Below, piece by piece: positions 44,423-56,000 of a stretch of DNA of 64,000 bases. The translations under genes and the position numbers were made by a program. Source of the stretch: Nostoc sp. DedSLP01. GTDB taxonomy: Bacteria; Cyanobacteriota; Cyanobacteriia; Cyanobacteriales; Nostocaceae. The stretch lies in the NCBI GenBank assembly GCA_034530875.2, contig JAVRCJ020000012.1, forward strand, positions 1 to 64,000, in the 5' to 3' direction. Within the stretch, counting starts at the first letter, position 1; every line of letters starts with the position of its first letter. The notes under the pieces are model-generated. The model saw only the letters and a program-made list of their open reading frames with translations, was not told the DNA's origin and did no database searches.

Positions 44423-46892
44423 ATTAAACTCAACGAAGCTGTCACCAACTCCGTTGGTCTTCAAAACCGGACGTGAGACTTTCACCTCATCCGGCTCCTC
44501 AGTGATTTGGTGTTATTGTTAAACATACCTCATTACCCATTTATCCTGAATTTTTCAGTGTTTTTGGTGGGCTTAGGCTTGGCGCTATTGCATCCAGATT
44601 GGTTGCCTGACTGCTATCGTTAGCAGTTTTTGTATCGTGGCAATGTCTGTGAAGGAGTTGCCTGTTGTCGTATGAATCCTTTCCACCTTGCGATTTTGGG
44701 ATTCTATGGTCAACTTCCATCACGTCACCTTCTCGGAAAAACATTTTGCAGTGGTTACACTTCCCTTTTTGCTTTTTTAGAAGTTTTGAAACTCTAATCG
44801 GCATTTCTGGATTGTTTCCCATTCTTGTACTCCAGTAAACCAGGTTTCCGTCGTAAGGTGACGATTCGCTTTTAACCTTGATATGTCGCACTATAGGGGT
44901 GGTTGCATGGTCAAGTAACCTCAATTCTGTTACTTCTCCCTTTTTGGTTGTTGCGAATACCCAGTTATTACCGTTTATGGATTTCCAATACTTCTTGGCA
45001 ATCCATTTTCCACCTTTTGTTGAGTGGCGACGTTTTGCCCAAGCTTTTAGCTTTTGGTATATGAGGTTATCAATTTCTTTGTAAGCTTCCTTACTTACAA
45101 CGGTCGCATAGTAATTTGCCCATCCCCTAATAATTGGGTTAAGTCGGTTAATTAGTGCCGCTTGCGGTGCTGCCTTATGGGATTCAATAATACTGGCGAT
45201 TTCGTCGTAATGTACCTTTTGCTTTTCTTTGCTTGGGGTGATGATTGTTTTAAAACCTAGTAAATTCCCTTTTGTATCTTTACTCGACTGATTTTTTCCT
45301 TTCGGAAATTGTCGGATATTATAACCGAGGAAATTAAACCCTTCCTGTTCTTGCTCGTACTTATTTAAGGTATGAGTAAGTCTTGTTTTACTTGGTTTTA
45401 GTTCAAGACCCATGCCTTCTAACCATTCAGAGATGATGCTCTGGCATCTTTGGACTACGGACACATCTTTGTGGAGAATTACAAAGTCGTCGGCATAACG
45501 AATTAAGCTTATCGATCGGATGTTGTCTCTTTTATTGCCAGGTAGGGTTTCCGCGTACTGTTTAATTCGTTCTTCCATTCCGTGGAGGGCGATATTTGCC
45601 AATAATGGAGAAATTACCCCACCTTGTGGCGTACCCTCAGATGTCGGAAACAGTTGCTTACCATCCATCACCCCCGCTTTTAACCATGCTCGAACTTGTC
45701 GGCGGATGGTGGGGGATGTATTTAATTTTCTTAGCAGTGCTTCTTGGTTGATACGGTCAAAGCATTTGGCAATGTCTGCATCAAGCACGTATTTAGCTTT
45801 CTGCTTAATTGCGTTGAATATTGCTTGAATCGCATCATGGCATGAGCGTCCGGCTCTAAACCCGTATGAGTTGGGTTCAAATCGCGCTTCCCATTCTGGC
45901 TCTAGTGCCAGTTTTACCAGCGCTTGCAAGGCTCGGTCTTTCATTGTAGGTATGCCCAAAGGTCGCTTCTCTTCCATCCCAGGCTTGGGAATCCATACCC
46001 GCCTGGTTGGGCTGACCTTTGTACCCAAGTTTAATTTTCCAGTAAGCTCTAGACGTTGCTTTGGAGTTAGCGATTTAACGCCATCTACACCAGCCGTCTT
46101 TTTCCCCTGGTTATCCTGGGTGACTCTACGAACCGCTAAAGCTCTTGCTGACCATGACTTCATCAGCGTCTTTTGGAGTCTGCGATATGCTTTTACATCA
46201 CCACGGATAGAGGCTTGATAAATTCTCTTTTGGAGCTTATACACGCTACGCTCTAGCTTGCGCCAGTTAATAGAGTGCCATTCCACCATCAGTTGTTTAG
46301 ACTGTGTATTAGACATATATACTCACTACTTGGTACTTTATCTTCCAAATCACCGTAAGTCTGTTTGCATATTCTGGGCATTACCCCAGTCATTCGCTTT
46401 TGACTTAATCTCTCCTACTCGCTGCATCCGGTTAGCACCTACTCAGGGATTTGACCACCTGAGAGCATACGAGAGGTTACTTCGTTCCAAATGACCATAC
46501 TGTGCATCTTTAGAGTGACACTCTTCGCCGGGTTTATAGGAAGTGCATATTGGTCAAAATACAACTTGCCAACTCCTTATCCTGTGCCTTTTTGGCTCCA
46601 GCGCATTAAGCCTTTTTCGCTGGTCAACGCTAACGACGATTCTGATGTGTCTTCAAGCTTTTGCTTTACTCATGGATGCCTTGCTCGATGGATACCAGAT
46701 TAGGCTACCAGTAGTACCACCTTTTCACCCCGCTTTACGGATTGATGACTAGTCGCTACCGCAGGGGTGATGCTTTCAACACTGCACTTGCGTGGTAGGA
46801 TTCTCACCTACAAGGTCATTTAGTTGTCTGGCTAATGAAACCAGCTAACCGTCCCTAAGTATTTCTACTTATTTAGGCTAAACGAATCGCAC
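44423..46892 (-). mobile_element. Group II intron, 2470 nt
   Basis: 5' GTGCG; domain V GAGCCGGATGAGGTGAAAGTCTCACGTCCGGTTT; domain VI; 3' end ...TTTAAT. Removal restores ...GRY-T-LQQ. Confidence 0.93.
44541..46316 (-). CDS. ltrA: Intron-encoded reverse transcriptase/maturase with HNH endonuclease
   Basis: RPLGIP, GTPQGGVISPLLANI, RYADD, RGWANYY, CNHC...DH...HRHCH. Confidence 0.95.
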   Translation of the reverse strand: MSNTQSKQLMVEWHSINWRKLERSVYKLQKRIYQASIRGDVKAYRRLQKTLMKSWSARALAVRRVTQDNQGKKTAGVDGVKSLTPKQRLELTGKLNLGTKVSPTRRVWIPKPGMEEKRPLGIPTMKDRALQALVKLALEPEWEARFEPNSYGFRAGRSCHDAIQAIFNAIKQKAKYVLDADIAKCFDRINQEALLRKLNTSPTIRRQVRAWLKAGVMDGKQLFPTSEGTPQGGVISPLLANIALHGMEERIKQYAETLPGNKRDNIRSISLIRYADDFVILHKDVSVVQRCQSIISEWLEGMGLELKPSKTRLTHTLNKYEQEQEGFNFLGYNIRQFPKGKNQSSKDTKGNLLGFKTIITPSKEKQKVHYDEIASIIESHKAAPQAALINRLNPIIRGWANYYATVVSKEAYKEIDNLIYQKLKAWAKRRHSTKGGKWIAKKYWKSINGNNWVFATTKKGEVTELRLLDHATTPIVRHIKVKSESSPYDGNLVYWSTRMGNNPEMPIRVSKLLKKQKGKCNHCKMFFREGDVMEVDHRIPKSQGGKDSYDNRQLLHRHCHDTKTANDSSQATNLDAIAPSLSPPKTLKNSG

Positions 46893-47385
46893 TATATCGT
46901 CCATTTTGCAAGCAGCGTACTTCTAAATTTGGTTCGTAGGGGTCATAAGTTACGTAAGTTGGAACTTTGAGAATTCGTTCGTAAAAATAGAGCTTACCAT
47001 AAGGTGGAGTTGAGCGAACCGAGAGTTCTCCACCTTCTGTATCTGAGAGAAATTCCATCACCACAGCAACAGCAGCACCTTCTAAATTCTGGGTATAGCT
47101 ACGCCGAATTACATCAGCCGCTACAGGGTGGACTTGAGGGACGTAAAACCAGTCTGGTGCTTTGACGACGATTTTTTTATTGACTGTGGCTACCAGTCCA
47201 AAATTAGAGCCAATTAACATCTGCGGTTGGATGCGTTCTGCGGTTCCCAAAGCATCGGTAAGCGCCGCAGCAAGAACGGGTTGTTGAATATTTTCCACTG
47301 GATCGTCAGGTAAAATGAAGTCAGCTGGGAGTGCTTCCCAAGTAACAATTGGTTCTTTTTGGGTGGGTTGAATTTGCAGAACCAT
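46893..47385 (-). CDS. Uma2 endonuclease, 5' exon
   Basis: LPDDPVEN, APDWFYV, VMEFLS, GKLYFYERILKVP. Confidence 0.87.
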
Positions 47386-47485
47386 AAAACGACTCCTAAT
47401 ATTAATTTCTAAGTTATCAGTTATTAGGGCTGTCTAATTCTTGAAGTTTGAGAGTTTTGATTCAATCTAGGTATTCTCATTTGGT

Positions 47486-49237
47486 GTGCTACTCATGCTC
47501 AGACGCTTAGGCAGCCGTAAAATCTCTTCAGTAGTTATGCTTTGCCTTGTTATATGCTTTACTCTAATAAGCGTGCATTCATGTGGGCAAACAAATATGA
47601 TATCAGCGCCTCATTTGCTGACGGATCCATTTTTGCAGCTGCCAACTGAAAATTCAGTCCGAGTAGTTTGGTTTACTGAGTTTGCTGGTACTCAACACAC
47701 AGTGTCCTACGGTGAAAATCTCAAACAAACTGCTAAGGCAAATACTATCAAACTCAGTCGCACGCGTGAAGACCAGAAATCAAGAGTTGCAAACCAAACC
47801 CAAGACGGCCAAGTTTATCAAAAACCTGTTAGGCGGGACATTTGGAGACATGAAGCTGAGGTAACTGGGTTAACTCCTGGCGTGCGAGTAAACTATCGCG
47901 TCACAAGTGTGCGGGAAGATGGTGAAACCGTTAGCAGTGATGTTTTTAGCCTCGCAGCTACTCCAAAACCTGGTACACCTTTAAAAATTCTACTTACCTC
48001 AGATCATCAACTCAAGCCAATGACATCTGCAAATCTGCAAAAGGTAGTGGAGACTGTTGGACGAGTTGATGGGGTATGGTTTGCTGGCGATTTGGTCAAT
48101 GTTAGCGATCGCGCCTCAGAATGGTTTGATGATAATAGTGGTGGTGCGTTGTTTCCCGGTTTGCAAGGTCGTGCTAAATATGAAATCACTCACGATGGTG
48201 TAAAGACCACCTACACTGGCGGACAAATAATTCAACATGCACCCATGTTTACTTGTATTGGCAATCATGAAGTCATGGGGCGATATGCCAGAACTGAAAA
48301 TTTAAATGATGAATTTGATGATACCATTCCTCATGCAGTTGCCCAAAAATTTTATCCTGGCAAATCTCTAATAGATAATTCTTTTAATACTATTACCTAC
48401 GAAGAAATTTTGACTCTGCCAACCAGCCAAGAAGGTGGCAAAAAATATTATGCAGTGACTTTTGGTGATGTGCGTCTGGTAGTACTATACATTACGAATA
48501 TGTGGCGCACTCCCAAATTAGACGCACGTGCAAAAGGTAGATATAAAGAAGCAGAAAAGGATTTAAATAATCCAGAAAATTGGGGCTATGGACAGGTGAT
48601 TTACGAGCCAATTGCTAAAGGTAGCAAGCAGTATAATTGGCTAAAAACAGAACTCAACAGCCCTGAATTTCAACAGGCAAAATACAAAGTTGTCATGTTT
48701 CATCATCCTCCCCATACTCTGGGTGATAATATAGTTCCTGCTTATACAGATCCAGTACAAATAATCGAACGAGATGGTGACAATATTAAAGCAGTGCGTT
48801 ACGAGTACCCCAAAGACGCAGATTATATCATTTGCGATGTTTTACCTTTGCTGGAAGCAGCTAACGTGCAATTAGTATTTTATGGTCATTCCCATTTATG
48901 GAATCGCTTTGTTAGTCCCAATGGAATGCACTTTTTAGAAACATCTAATGTTGGTAATACTTATGGTGCTGCTTGGGGTAATAGAAAGCGAGAAGTACCA
49001 ATTGGCTATCGAGAAAATTACGTTCAGCTTGGCGACCCCAATGGTTTAGAACCAATGCGCCCAACAATTGCCCCTTTATTAGGTGAAGATGGTAAAGCGA
49101 TGCCTTATATTGCCAGTAACGACCTTACAGTTTTCAGTATCTTTGATACAGGCACAGGTATAGTAAGTAGTTATCGTTTTGATACTCGCAAGCCGAATTC
49201 AGAAGTTATGAAATTTGATGAATTCCAATTGCAATAG
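47486..49237 (+). CDS. Metallophosphoesterase with FN3-like N-terminal domain (purple acid phosphatase-like)
   Basis: TSDHQ, AGDLV, IGNHE, HHPP, YGHSH; start codon uncertain. Confidence 0.88.
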   Translation: MLLMLRRLGSRKISSVVMLCLVICFTLISVHSCGQTNMISAPHLLTDPFLQLPTENSVRVVWFTEFAGTQHTVSYGENLKQTAKANTIKLSRTREDQKSRVANQTQDGQVYQKPVRRDIWRHEAEVTGLTPGVRVNYRVTSVREDGETVSSDVFSLAATPKPGTPLKILLTSDHQLKPMTSANLQKVVETVGRVDGVWFAGDLVNVSDRASEWFDDNSGGALFPGLQGRAKYEITHDGVKTTYTGGQIIQHAPMFTCIGNHEVMGRYARTENLNDEFDDTIPHAVAQKFYPGKSLIDNSFNTITYEEILTLPTSQEGGKKYYAVTFGDVRLVVLYITNMWRTPKLDARAKGRYKEAEKDLNNPENWGYGQVIYEPIAKGSKQYNWLKTELNSPEFQQAKYKVVMFHHPPHTLGDNIVPAYTDPVQIIERDGDNIKAVRYEYPKDADYIICDVLPLLEAANVQLVFYGHSHLWNRFVSPNGMHFLETSNVGNTYGAAWGNRKREVPIGYRENYVQLGDPNGLEPMRPTIAPLLGEDGKAMPYIASNDLTVFSIFDTGTGIVSSYRFDTRKPNSEVMKFDEFQLQ

Positions 49238-49686
49238 GTAGGCTTTATTACTAGTAATTAATAGTGAATTTATGCATAAAAAAACAGTTAATTTTTGTGC
49301 ATATTTTTTCAAAATACTCGATTTTAAAGTATGTGAGTGAGGTTACGAGATGTTGCTTCACAGGAAATATGCACACAGAGGTATGGAACAACTAGTTAAA
49401 GCTCCCAAATTTCATATTACTAATTAACTTTGTAGCCTTAACTGAATCGTATTGCCTTAAAAAAGATGGCTTTGATTTCGGTTTCCCCGGTTTCTTGGGG
49501 GTTAGGGGGGACTTACAAAACCCTATTTTCAAATTAGTTTAGGAGGTGGATTTTGCCTGTATAAATGAGACTTCCAGCCGCCTTAATTATTCTTTTTATA
49601 GAGTCATTAAGTAGCATTAAAATACTTGACAAGATTATTGGCTTGTAACATACTACCATTGTTTGTAGTATTTGGAAAAAATTATC

Positions 49687-50067
49687 ATGCCAAAAACAAA
49701 TTTTTCAACAGAAAAAGAATATTTTTCTGTTAACTCTGATGGCCTTAATGAAAATTCATTATCTGAATTAAGCTCGGATGAAGCCTCTGAAATTATGGGA
49801 GGTTTTACAATTAGGAATGATTCAGGAAGTACGAGAAGGTTTTTTATTTTTGGAGCATTCTTAGACCCAGAAGTTCAACTTTTACAACCTGGAGAAACCG
49901 GTGATTATGATGGAGAATATATTTTATATAATTCTTCAAGAACCTCATTTAGCCCAACATTATCATCGAGAATCAATCCAGATGACGCACTAAGGTTTGA
50001 ACGTCAGGGAAATAAAATAGCTATTGGGCCTGGATTTGCCTTCTCCCTTGCCAACGGGCCAGCCTAA
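49687..50067 (+). CDS. Hypothetical protein with double-glycine-type leader
   Basis: LSELSSDEASEIMGG followed by a beta-rich domain. Confidence 0.65.
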   Translation: MPKTNFSTEKEYFSVNSDGLNENSLSELSSDEASEIMGGFTIRNDSGSTRRFFIFGAFLDPEVQLLQPGETGDYDGEYILYNSSRTSFSPTLSSRINPDDALRFERQGNKIAIGPGFAFSLANGPA

Positions 50068-50077
50068 AAACTAAAAC

Positions 50078-50252
50078 TGGTGTAGGTTAAGGAGCCAGGA
50101 CGAATAAAATTCGCGGCTACACAAACAAGAGCTACACCTTTGTGGGCTAAAATAAAATAAGCTTTTTGAAGCCCACATAGGCGGCTTTTGGGTGTGTAGA
50201 CGCGGTTTTTTTTAACCGCAGATTTAACGTTAAGTTGATACGTATGACAGTT
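50078..50252. repeat. Dispersed repeat/MITE; inverted related copy at about 63128-63232
   Basis: CGTTAAGTTGATACGTATGACAG versus CTGTCATACGTGTCAACTTAACG; the internal segment is also similar to about 38810-38885. Confidence 0.55.
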
Positions 50253-50532
50253 GTACGCCGTTACAAGGTGGTCTATCTACCTAGATAATTATCACCTCTG
50301 CGTTAGGCAATCAAGCAATCATCACAGAATAACGAATTTGAACGCACTCCAGCTATAATCTCTGATTTAGTTGGGGTGCGTTCAAGTATTTTTAGGTGGG
50401 GACTGCGCGAAAAATTTTTCGTTAAAGCCAGTAGTTTAAATTTATATACATAAAATAAAGTAAAAATATCAACTAAATCTGAAAAAATTGATAGAAATTG
50501 TGATTTTTTAAGTACTTGTGAGGCTTGAACCT

Positions 50533-51885
50533 ATGACTCATGCTTGCTGCGGCCCTGGCTACGCTTCTCCAGAAGCAGCCATCAAAGCCGAAAGAGAAAA
50601 GGTGCTTTATGCGATCGCCCTTTATACTGGTACTGGTATCGAAGAACCAGATTATCTTGCCACGGTAGACGTTGACCCCAATTCGCCCACTTATTCCCAA
50701 GTGATTCATCGTCTGCCTATGCCTTATATTGGCGATGAGTTACATCACTTTGGCTGGAATGCTTGTAGTTCCTGCCACGGCGATACTAGTAAATCGCGGC
50801 GATTTATGGTGATACCCGGCCAACGTTCTAGCCGCATCTATATTGTTGATACCGCAGACGCCAAAGCCCCAAAATTGCATAAAGTCATCGAACCACAAGA
50901 AATTGTCGAAAAAACTAATTTAACTGCTCCCCACACAGTACACTGTCTAGCAGATGGTCATGTGATGATTTCCATGCTGGGCGACAGGAACGGAGATGGC
51001 CCTGGTGGGTTTTTGTTACTCGACGATAATTTTGATATTGCTGGACGTTGGGAACGCAATGCTAACACCATGCAGTTTAACTATGACTTTTGGTATCAGC
51101 CGCGTCATAACGTCATGGTGAGTAGTGAGTGGGGCGCACCCAAAACCTATTATCCTGGTTTTGACCTCAACGATGTAGCAGATGGTAAATACGGTCACCA
51201 CGTACATTTTTGGAATTGGTCAACACGGGAAATTATCCAAAGCTTTGATTTAAAAGAAGAAGGATTAATTCCCTTAGAAGTGCGTTTTCAGCATAACCCC
51301 GATAGCACTCATGGATTTGTCGCCGCAGCACTCAGCAGTAATGTTTGGCATTGGCACAAACCTAACGGCCATTGGCATATAGAGAAAGTAATTGATATAC
51401 CTTCAGTAGAACTGGATGGATGGCCGATACCAGTGCCATCATTGATTACTGATATCTTAATCTCAATGTGCGATCGCTATATTTACTTTTCCAATTGGTT
51501 GCATGGAGATATTCGCCAATATGATATCAGCGACCCAACTCATCCTCGACTCACCGGCCAAGTTTGGTGCGGTGGTTTGTTAGGTAACAGCGGTGAAGTT
51601 CAAGGTCATAAATTAGCTGGCGGCCCGCAAATGCTACAGCTGAGTTTAGATGGCAAACGGCTTTATGTGACCAATTCTCTATTTAGCACTTGGGATAATC
51701 AGTTTTATCCTGAGTTATCTAAAACCGGCTCATATTTATTACAAATTGATTGCGACACTGAAAATGGCGGATTAAAAATCAACGAAGACTTCTACGTTGA
51801 CTTTGGTAAAGAACCAAGAGGCCCCTCTCGCGCCCATGAGATGCGCTATCCTGGTGGTGATTGCACTTCAGATATCTGGATTTAA
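50533..51885 (+). CDS. Selenium-binding protein SBP56 / methanethiol oxidase family
   Basis: [46 protein letters not shown]. Confidence 0.93.
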   Translation: MTHACCGPGYASPEAAIKAEREKVLYAIALYTGTGIEEPDYLATVDVDPNSPTYSQVIHRLPMPYIGDELHHFGWNACSSCHGDTSKSRRFMVIPGQRSSRIYIVDTADAKAPKLHKVIEPQEIVEKTNLTAPHTVHCLADGHVMISMLGDRNGDGPGGFLLLDDNFDIAGRWERNANTMQFNYDFWYQPRHNVMVSSEWGAPKTYYPGFDLNDVADGKYGHHVHFWNWSTREIIQSFDLKEEGLIPLEVRFQHNPDSTHGFVAAALSSNVWHWHKPNGHWHIEKVIDIPSVELDGWPIPVPSLITDILISMCDRYIYFSNWLHGDIRQYDISDPTHPRLTGQVWCGGLLGNSGEVQGHKLAGGPQMLQLSLDGKRLYVTNSLFSTWDNQFYPELSKTGSYLLQIDCDTENGGLKINEDFYVDFGKEPRGPSRAHEMRYPGGDCTSDIWI

Positions 51886-52046
51886 TTTCAAAGCGAATAT
51901 TGCGCTTGAAAAGATGGAAACTTGTCAAGGCAGGGTGTAGGGTGGAGTGTTTTAAGACAATTGAATTTGAGTTCGCTATACAAAACAAAATTTTCTTAAT
52001 TCCCCACACCCTAGACCCTTTTTAACTGAAAATTGCTGTAATTTCT

Positions 52047-52367
52047 ATGAAAAGTTACCGAATAGAACTCGTTAATCGCAATAACTTGGTTGTAGAGGTG
52101 GCAGAAAGCCAATACATATTAGATGCTGTAGAAGCCACGGGTTTGCGTTTACCTGTGGGTTGCCGATACGGTGCTTGCATTACTTGTGCAGCGCGTCTAA
52201 TTGAGGGTAAAGTCGAGCAATCGGAAGCGATCGCACTCAAATCTGCACAACAAGCAATGGGTTTTGTTTTACTTTGTATTGCCTATCCCCGTTCGGATTG
52301 CAAGTTTGAGGTGGGTGTAGAGTGCCAAGAGCAACTTTATATCAATCCGTTCAAAGGTCGTCGCTGA
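52047..52367 (+). CDS. Plant-type 2Fe-2S ferredoxin
   Basis: CRYGACITC...LLC. Confidence 0.92.
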   Translation: MKSYRIELVNRNNLVVEVAESQYILDAVEATGLRLPVGCRYGACITCAARLIEGKVEQSEAIALKSAQQAMGFVLLCIAYPRSDCKFEVGVECQEQLYINPFKGRR

Positions 52368-53094
52368 TATTAATTTTAGAATTTACGCATTGACAAAAAA
52401 CTAAATACATGTACATATAATTTCGGATTATACTATTTCACCAAATTATTGATACAAATCATTCTTCTTGCTCCCCCTGCCTTCGTTAACTCAATTAAGC
52501 TGTAAAGCCCTTACAACGCGGTCTATTTACCTGAAAATTGCTGTAACACTAGGCTTGGTAACCTAGTTTGCATACTTCATTAACTTGAAAAATGCTGTGA
52601 TTTTAGATATTAATAGATTAAATTTTTTACCTTCAAATTTATTGAATATTTATATTATAAATATTGCTACTATCTAAAGATATAGTGCATAAAATTTTAT
52701 TTCCTCCTCATGGATGAATTTTGAGAATAAATAACATTCTATTTGGGTTAGAGAATATTAATTTCAGCCATATAATACCTGAAAATCGCCCGTCAAGAAA
52801 TATCGATGGATGAATTGATGAAACGTTTCATTACAAGCTGATACAGAGTCTGCGCAATTTCAAATACATCTATTTAAATTAAATGTAGTATACAAACTAG
52901 GCTCAAAACCTTTGCACAAAGCCTACTTCACTACTGATTTCTGAATTCAGACTCCTGACTTCTGACTTCTGAATTCAGACTCCTGACTCCTAAATTCCAC
53001 TTCTTTAACAGACTGATAATTTGTGCCATAATAACTTTTAAATATTATTGGCAATTTTTGCCACCGTCAGGAAAAAAGTAAGGAGAAAAGTGAC

Positions 53095-56000
53095 GTGAAC
53101 CGCCAACGTACAACCCTTAACGTATCACTGACTCCTGATTTTAACGATTTTATAACCTCGCTTTTAGGGTCAGGAAAGTATAAATCATCAAGCGAAGTTG
53201 TTCGCCAAGCATTGCGGCTACTTCAAGAAGAGATATCAACCTCAAAGCCCGAACAACAAATCAGTTCCCACCAGGAATATGTAATAGAAGATAAACAATT
53301 AGATCCGTTTCCTGGTTCTGGCGAAATGAGGGAACGCATACGCAATTTTGACTGGGCAAATACATCTGTTGGCTGTATAGAAACATGGCCGCAAAGCTTG
53401 AAATCAACGATACGCACTTTGTTGGGTTCGCGTTATCCGATGATTTTGTTATGGGGACAGGATTTAATCCAAATTTATAATGACGCATACACCAGCCTGA
53501 TTGGGGCGAAACATCCTCTGGCACTGGGTCGCTCGATTCGAGAAACGCAATCGGAATCATGGAATGTCATCGGGCCAATGATTACCGAAGTGATGACAAC
53601 TGGCGTTCCCAACTGGGTAGAAGACCAGATGTTAATGGTGAACCGAGCTAATTATAACGAGGAAGCGCACTTTAGTTTGTCTTACAGCGCTGTAGAAGAT
53701 GATGAAGGCGTAATTAAAGGGATGCTTTGCGTGTGTAGCGAAGTGACACAGCAGGTATTAGGAGAGCGTCGCTTGCGCTTGCAACGCGATTTGGCAGCAA
53801 AGGCCAGCGATACCCGTAGCGTAGACATTACTTGTAAAGATATTCTCTCTGCCATAGCCGAATATCCCCTAGATGTGCCGTTTGCGTTACTCTACTTGGG
53901 CGAATCAGATTGTAAGACAGTGCGATTATTTGGTAGTGTGGGTGTGAAGGAAAGCGATCGCATTGCACCAAATACTGTCCTGGTTGAAGAATTCACGGAT
54001 ATATGGCCATTTGCACAAGCGATGGCAGGCCAAACAGTTCTAGTTGAAAATCTCAACGAGTATATCAACATTGGTGGCGGCCCTTGGGGCGAAATTGTCC
54101 ATCGCGCCTTAGTCCTGCCCATTCCCTCATCAAATATTACCGCACCGCTTGGGGTATTAATTGCCGGAATCAGCCCCAACCGTGCCTTAGATGAAGCTTA
54201 TAAATCGTTTTACGAGCTGTTAGCCGGACAGGTTTCGGTTTCGCTGCGCAATGCTGGAGCTTATGAAGAAGAACGCAAAAAAGCCGAAGCCCTAGCCGAA
54301 CTCGATCGGGCGAAGACAGCATTTTTTAACAATGTTTCCCATGAATTCCGCACGCCTTTGACGTTGATGCTGGGGCCTTTGGAGGATTTTTTAAGTAAGG
54401 AAAACGGGTCATTAACAACAGAGGAACGGAGACAATTGCAACTAGTCCACCGCAATAGTCTGCGATTGCTCAAGTTAGTCAATACATTATTAGACTTTTC
54501 GCGGATTGAAGCAAGTCGGATACAAGCGGTTTACGAGCCAACAGACTTGGCTGTATTTACCAGCGAACTGGCCAGTGTGTTTCGTTCCGCAATTGAAAAA
54601 GCAGGTTTGCGTCTGGTTGTAGATTGTCCGCCTTTGCCACAACCAGTCTACGTAGACCGCGAAATGTGGGAAAAGATTGTCTTGAATTTGTTGAGCAATG
54701 CCTTTAAGTTCACCTTTGCCGGAGAAATTACCGTTACCTTGCGCTGGTATGCACAACGCGTAGAAATGGAAGTCCGAGATACAGGTACCGGAATTCCCGC
54801 AGCAGAGTTACCGCGCTTATTCGATCGCTTTTACCGCGTACAAGGCTCCCGCGGTCGGACTTACGAAGGCTCTGGTATTGGGCTATCCCTGGTACAGGAT
54901 CTCGTTCGACTCCACGGTGGCGAGGTTCGCGTCAGTAGCCAAGTAAACCAAGGAAGTTCATTCATAGTTGTACTACCCACTGGCACTGCTCATTTACCCG
55001 CAGACCGTATTGGCGCTAGCCGGAATTTGCCTTCGACAGCTTCCGGAGCAGCTGCTTTTGTTGAAGAAGCATGGCGCTGGCTACCGGAAGAAAGTGTGGG
55101 GAGTGTGGGGGGAGAGGGGAGTGTGGGGGGAAAGATTTCTTCCCCATCCTCCCACACCCCCCACACCTCCCACACCTCCCACCCCTCCCACACCCTCCAC
55201 ACCCCCCACTCCTCCCCCGCCCGCATCCTCCTGGCTGATGACAATGCAGATATGCGCGATTATCTCAAGCACCTACTCCAGCCGTATTATGAAATAGAAG
55301 CGGTGACGGATGGATTAGCGGCCTTAGCAGCAGTCCGCAGGCAAATACCGGATTTAGTACTTAGCGATATCATGATGCCGGGGATGGATGGCCTGCAATT
55401 GCTGCATGAGTTGAGAGCTGATTCAACTACAAAAGAGATACCGATTATTTTGCTGTCTGCTCGTGCAGGTGAGGAGTCTCGCGTTGAAGGGCTAGAAATG
55501 GGTGCAGACGATTACCTGATTAAACCTTTCTCGGCGCGAGAACTGCTGGCACGAGTACGAGCAAACTTAGAATTGTCTCAACTGCGTAAAGATGCCTTAG
55601 CTCAACGAGCCGAATGGATTAGAGAACAGGCGGCACGGGTTGAGGCTGAGGCCGCAAACCGGATGAAAGATGAATTCCTGCAAGTGCTTTCCCATGAAAT
55701 TCGCACGCCCCTCAATGGTATGTTGGGCTGGGTGAAGTTGCTCAGTCAAGGCAAACTCGACTCGGCTACGACTGTTCGCGCCCTACAAACTATCGAGCGT
55801 AATGCCAAAGCTCAAGCGAAATTAGTCGATGATTTGTTGGACGTGTCACGTATTATTCGGGGACAACTGCGCCTAGAGAAGCGTCCGGTTTCTCTAATCT
55901 CGGTGATTGCAGAAGCTATTGAAACTGTAAGACCGCAAGCTGAGGCTAAAGATATTACCATCGAGTCTGTGCTTGACCAAAACGCCAGTTGTGTTTCTGG

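Noticed and set aside
44541..46316. RT as a retron, DGR or defence RT
   Set aside because: Domains V/VI, GTGCG...AT boundaries and maturase/HNH domains identify a group II intron.
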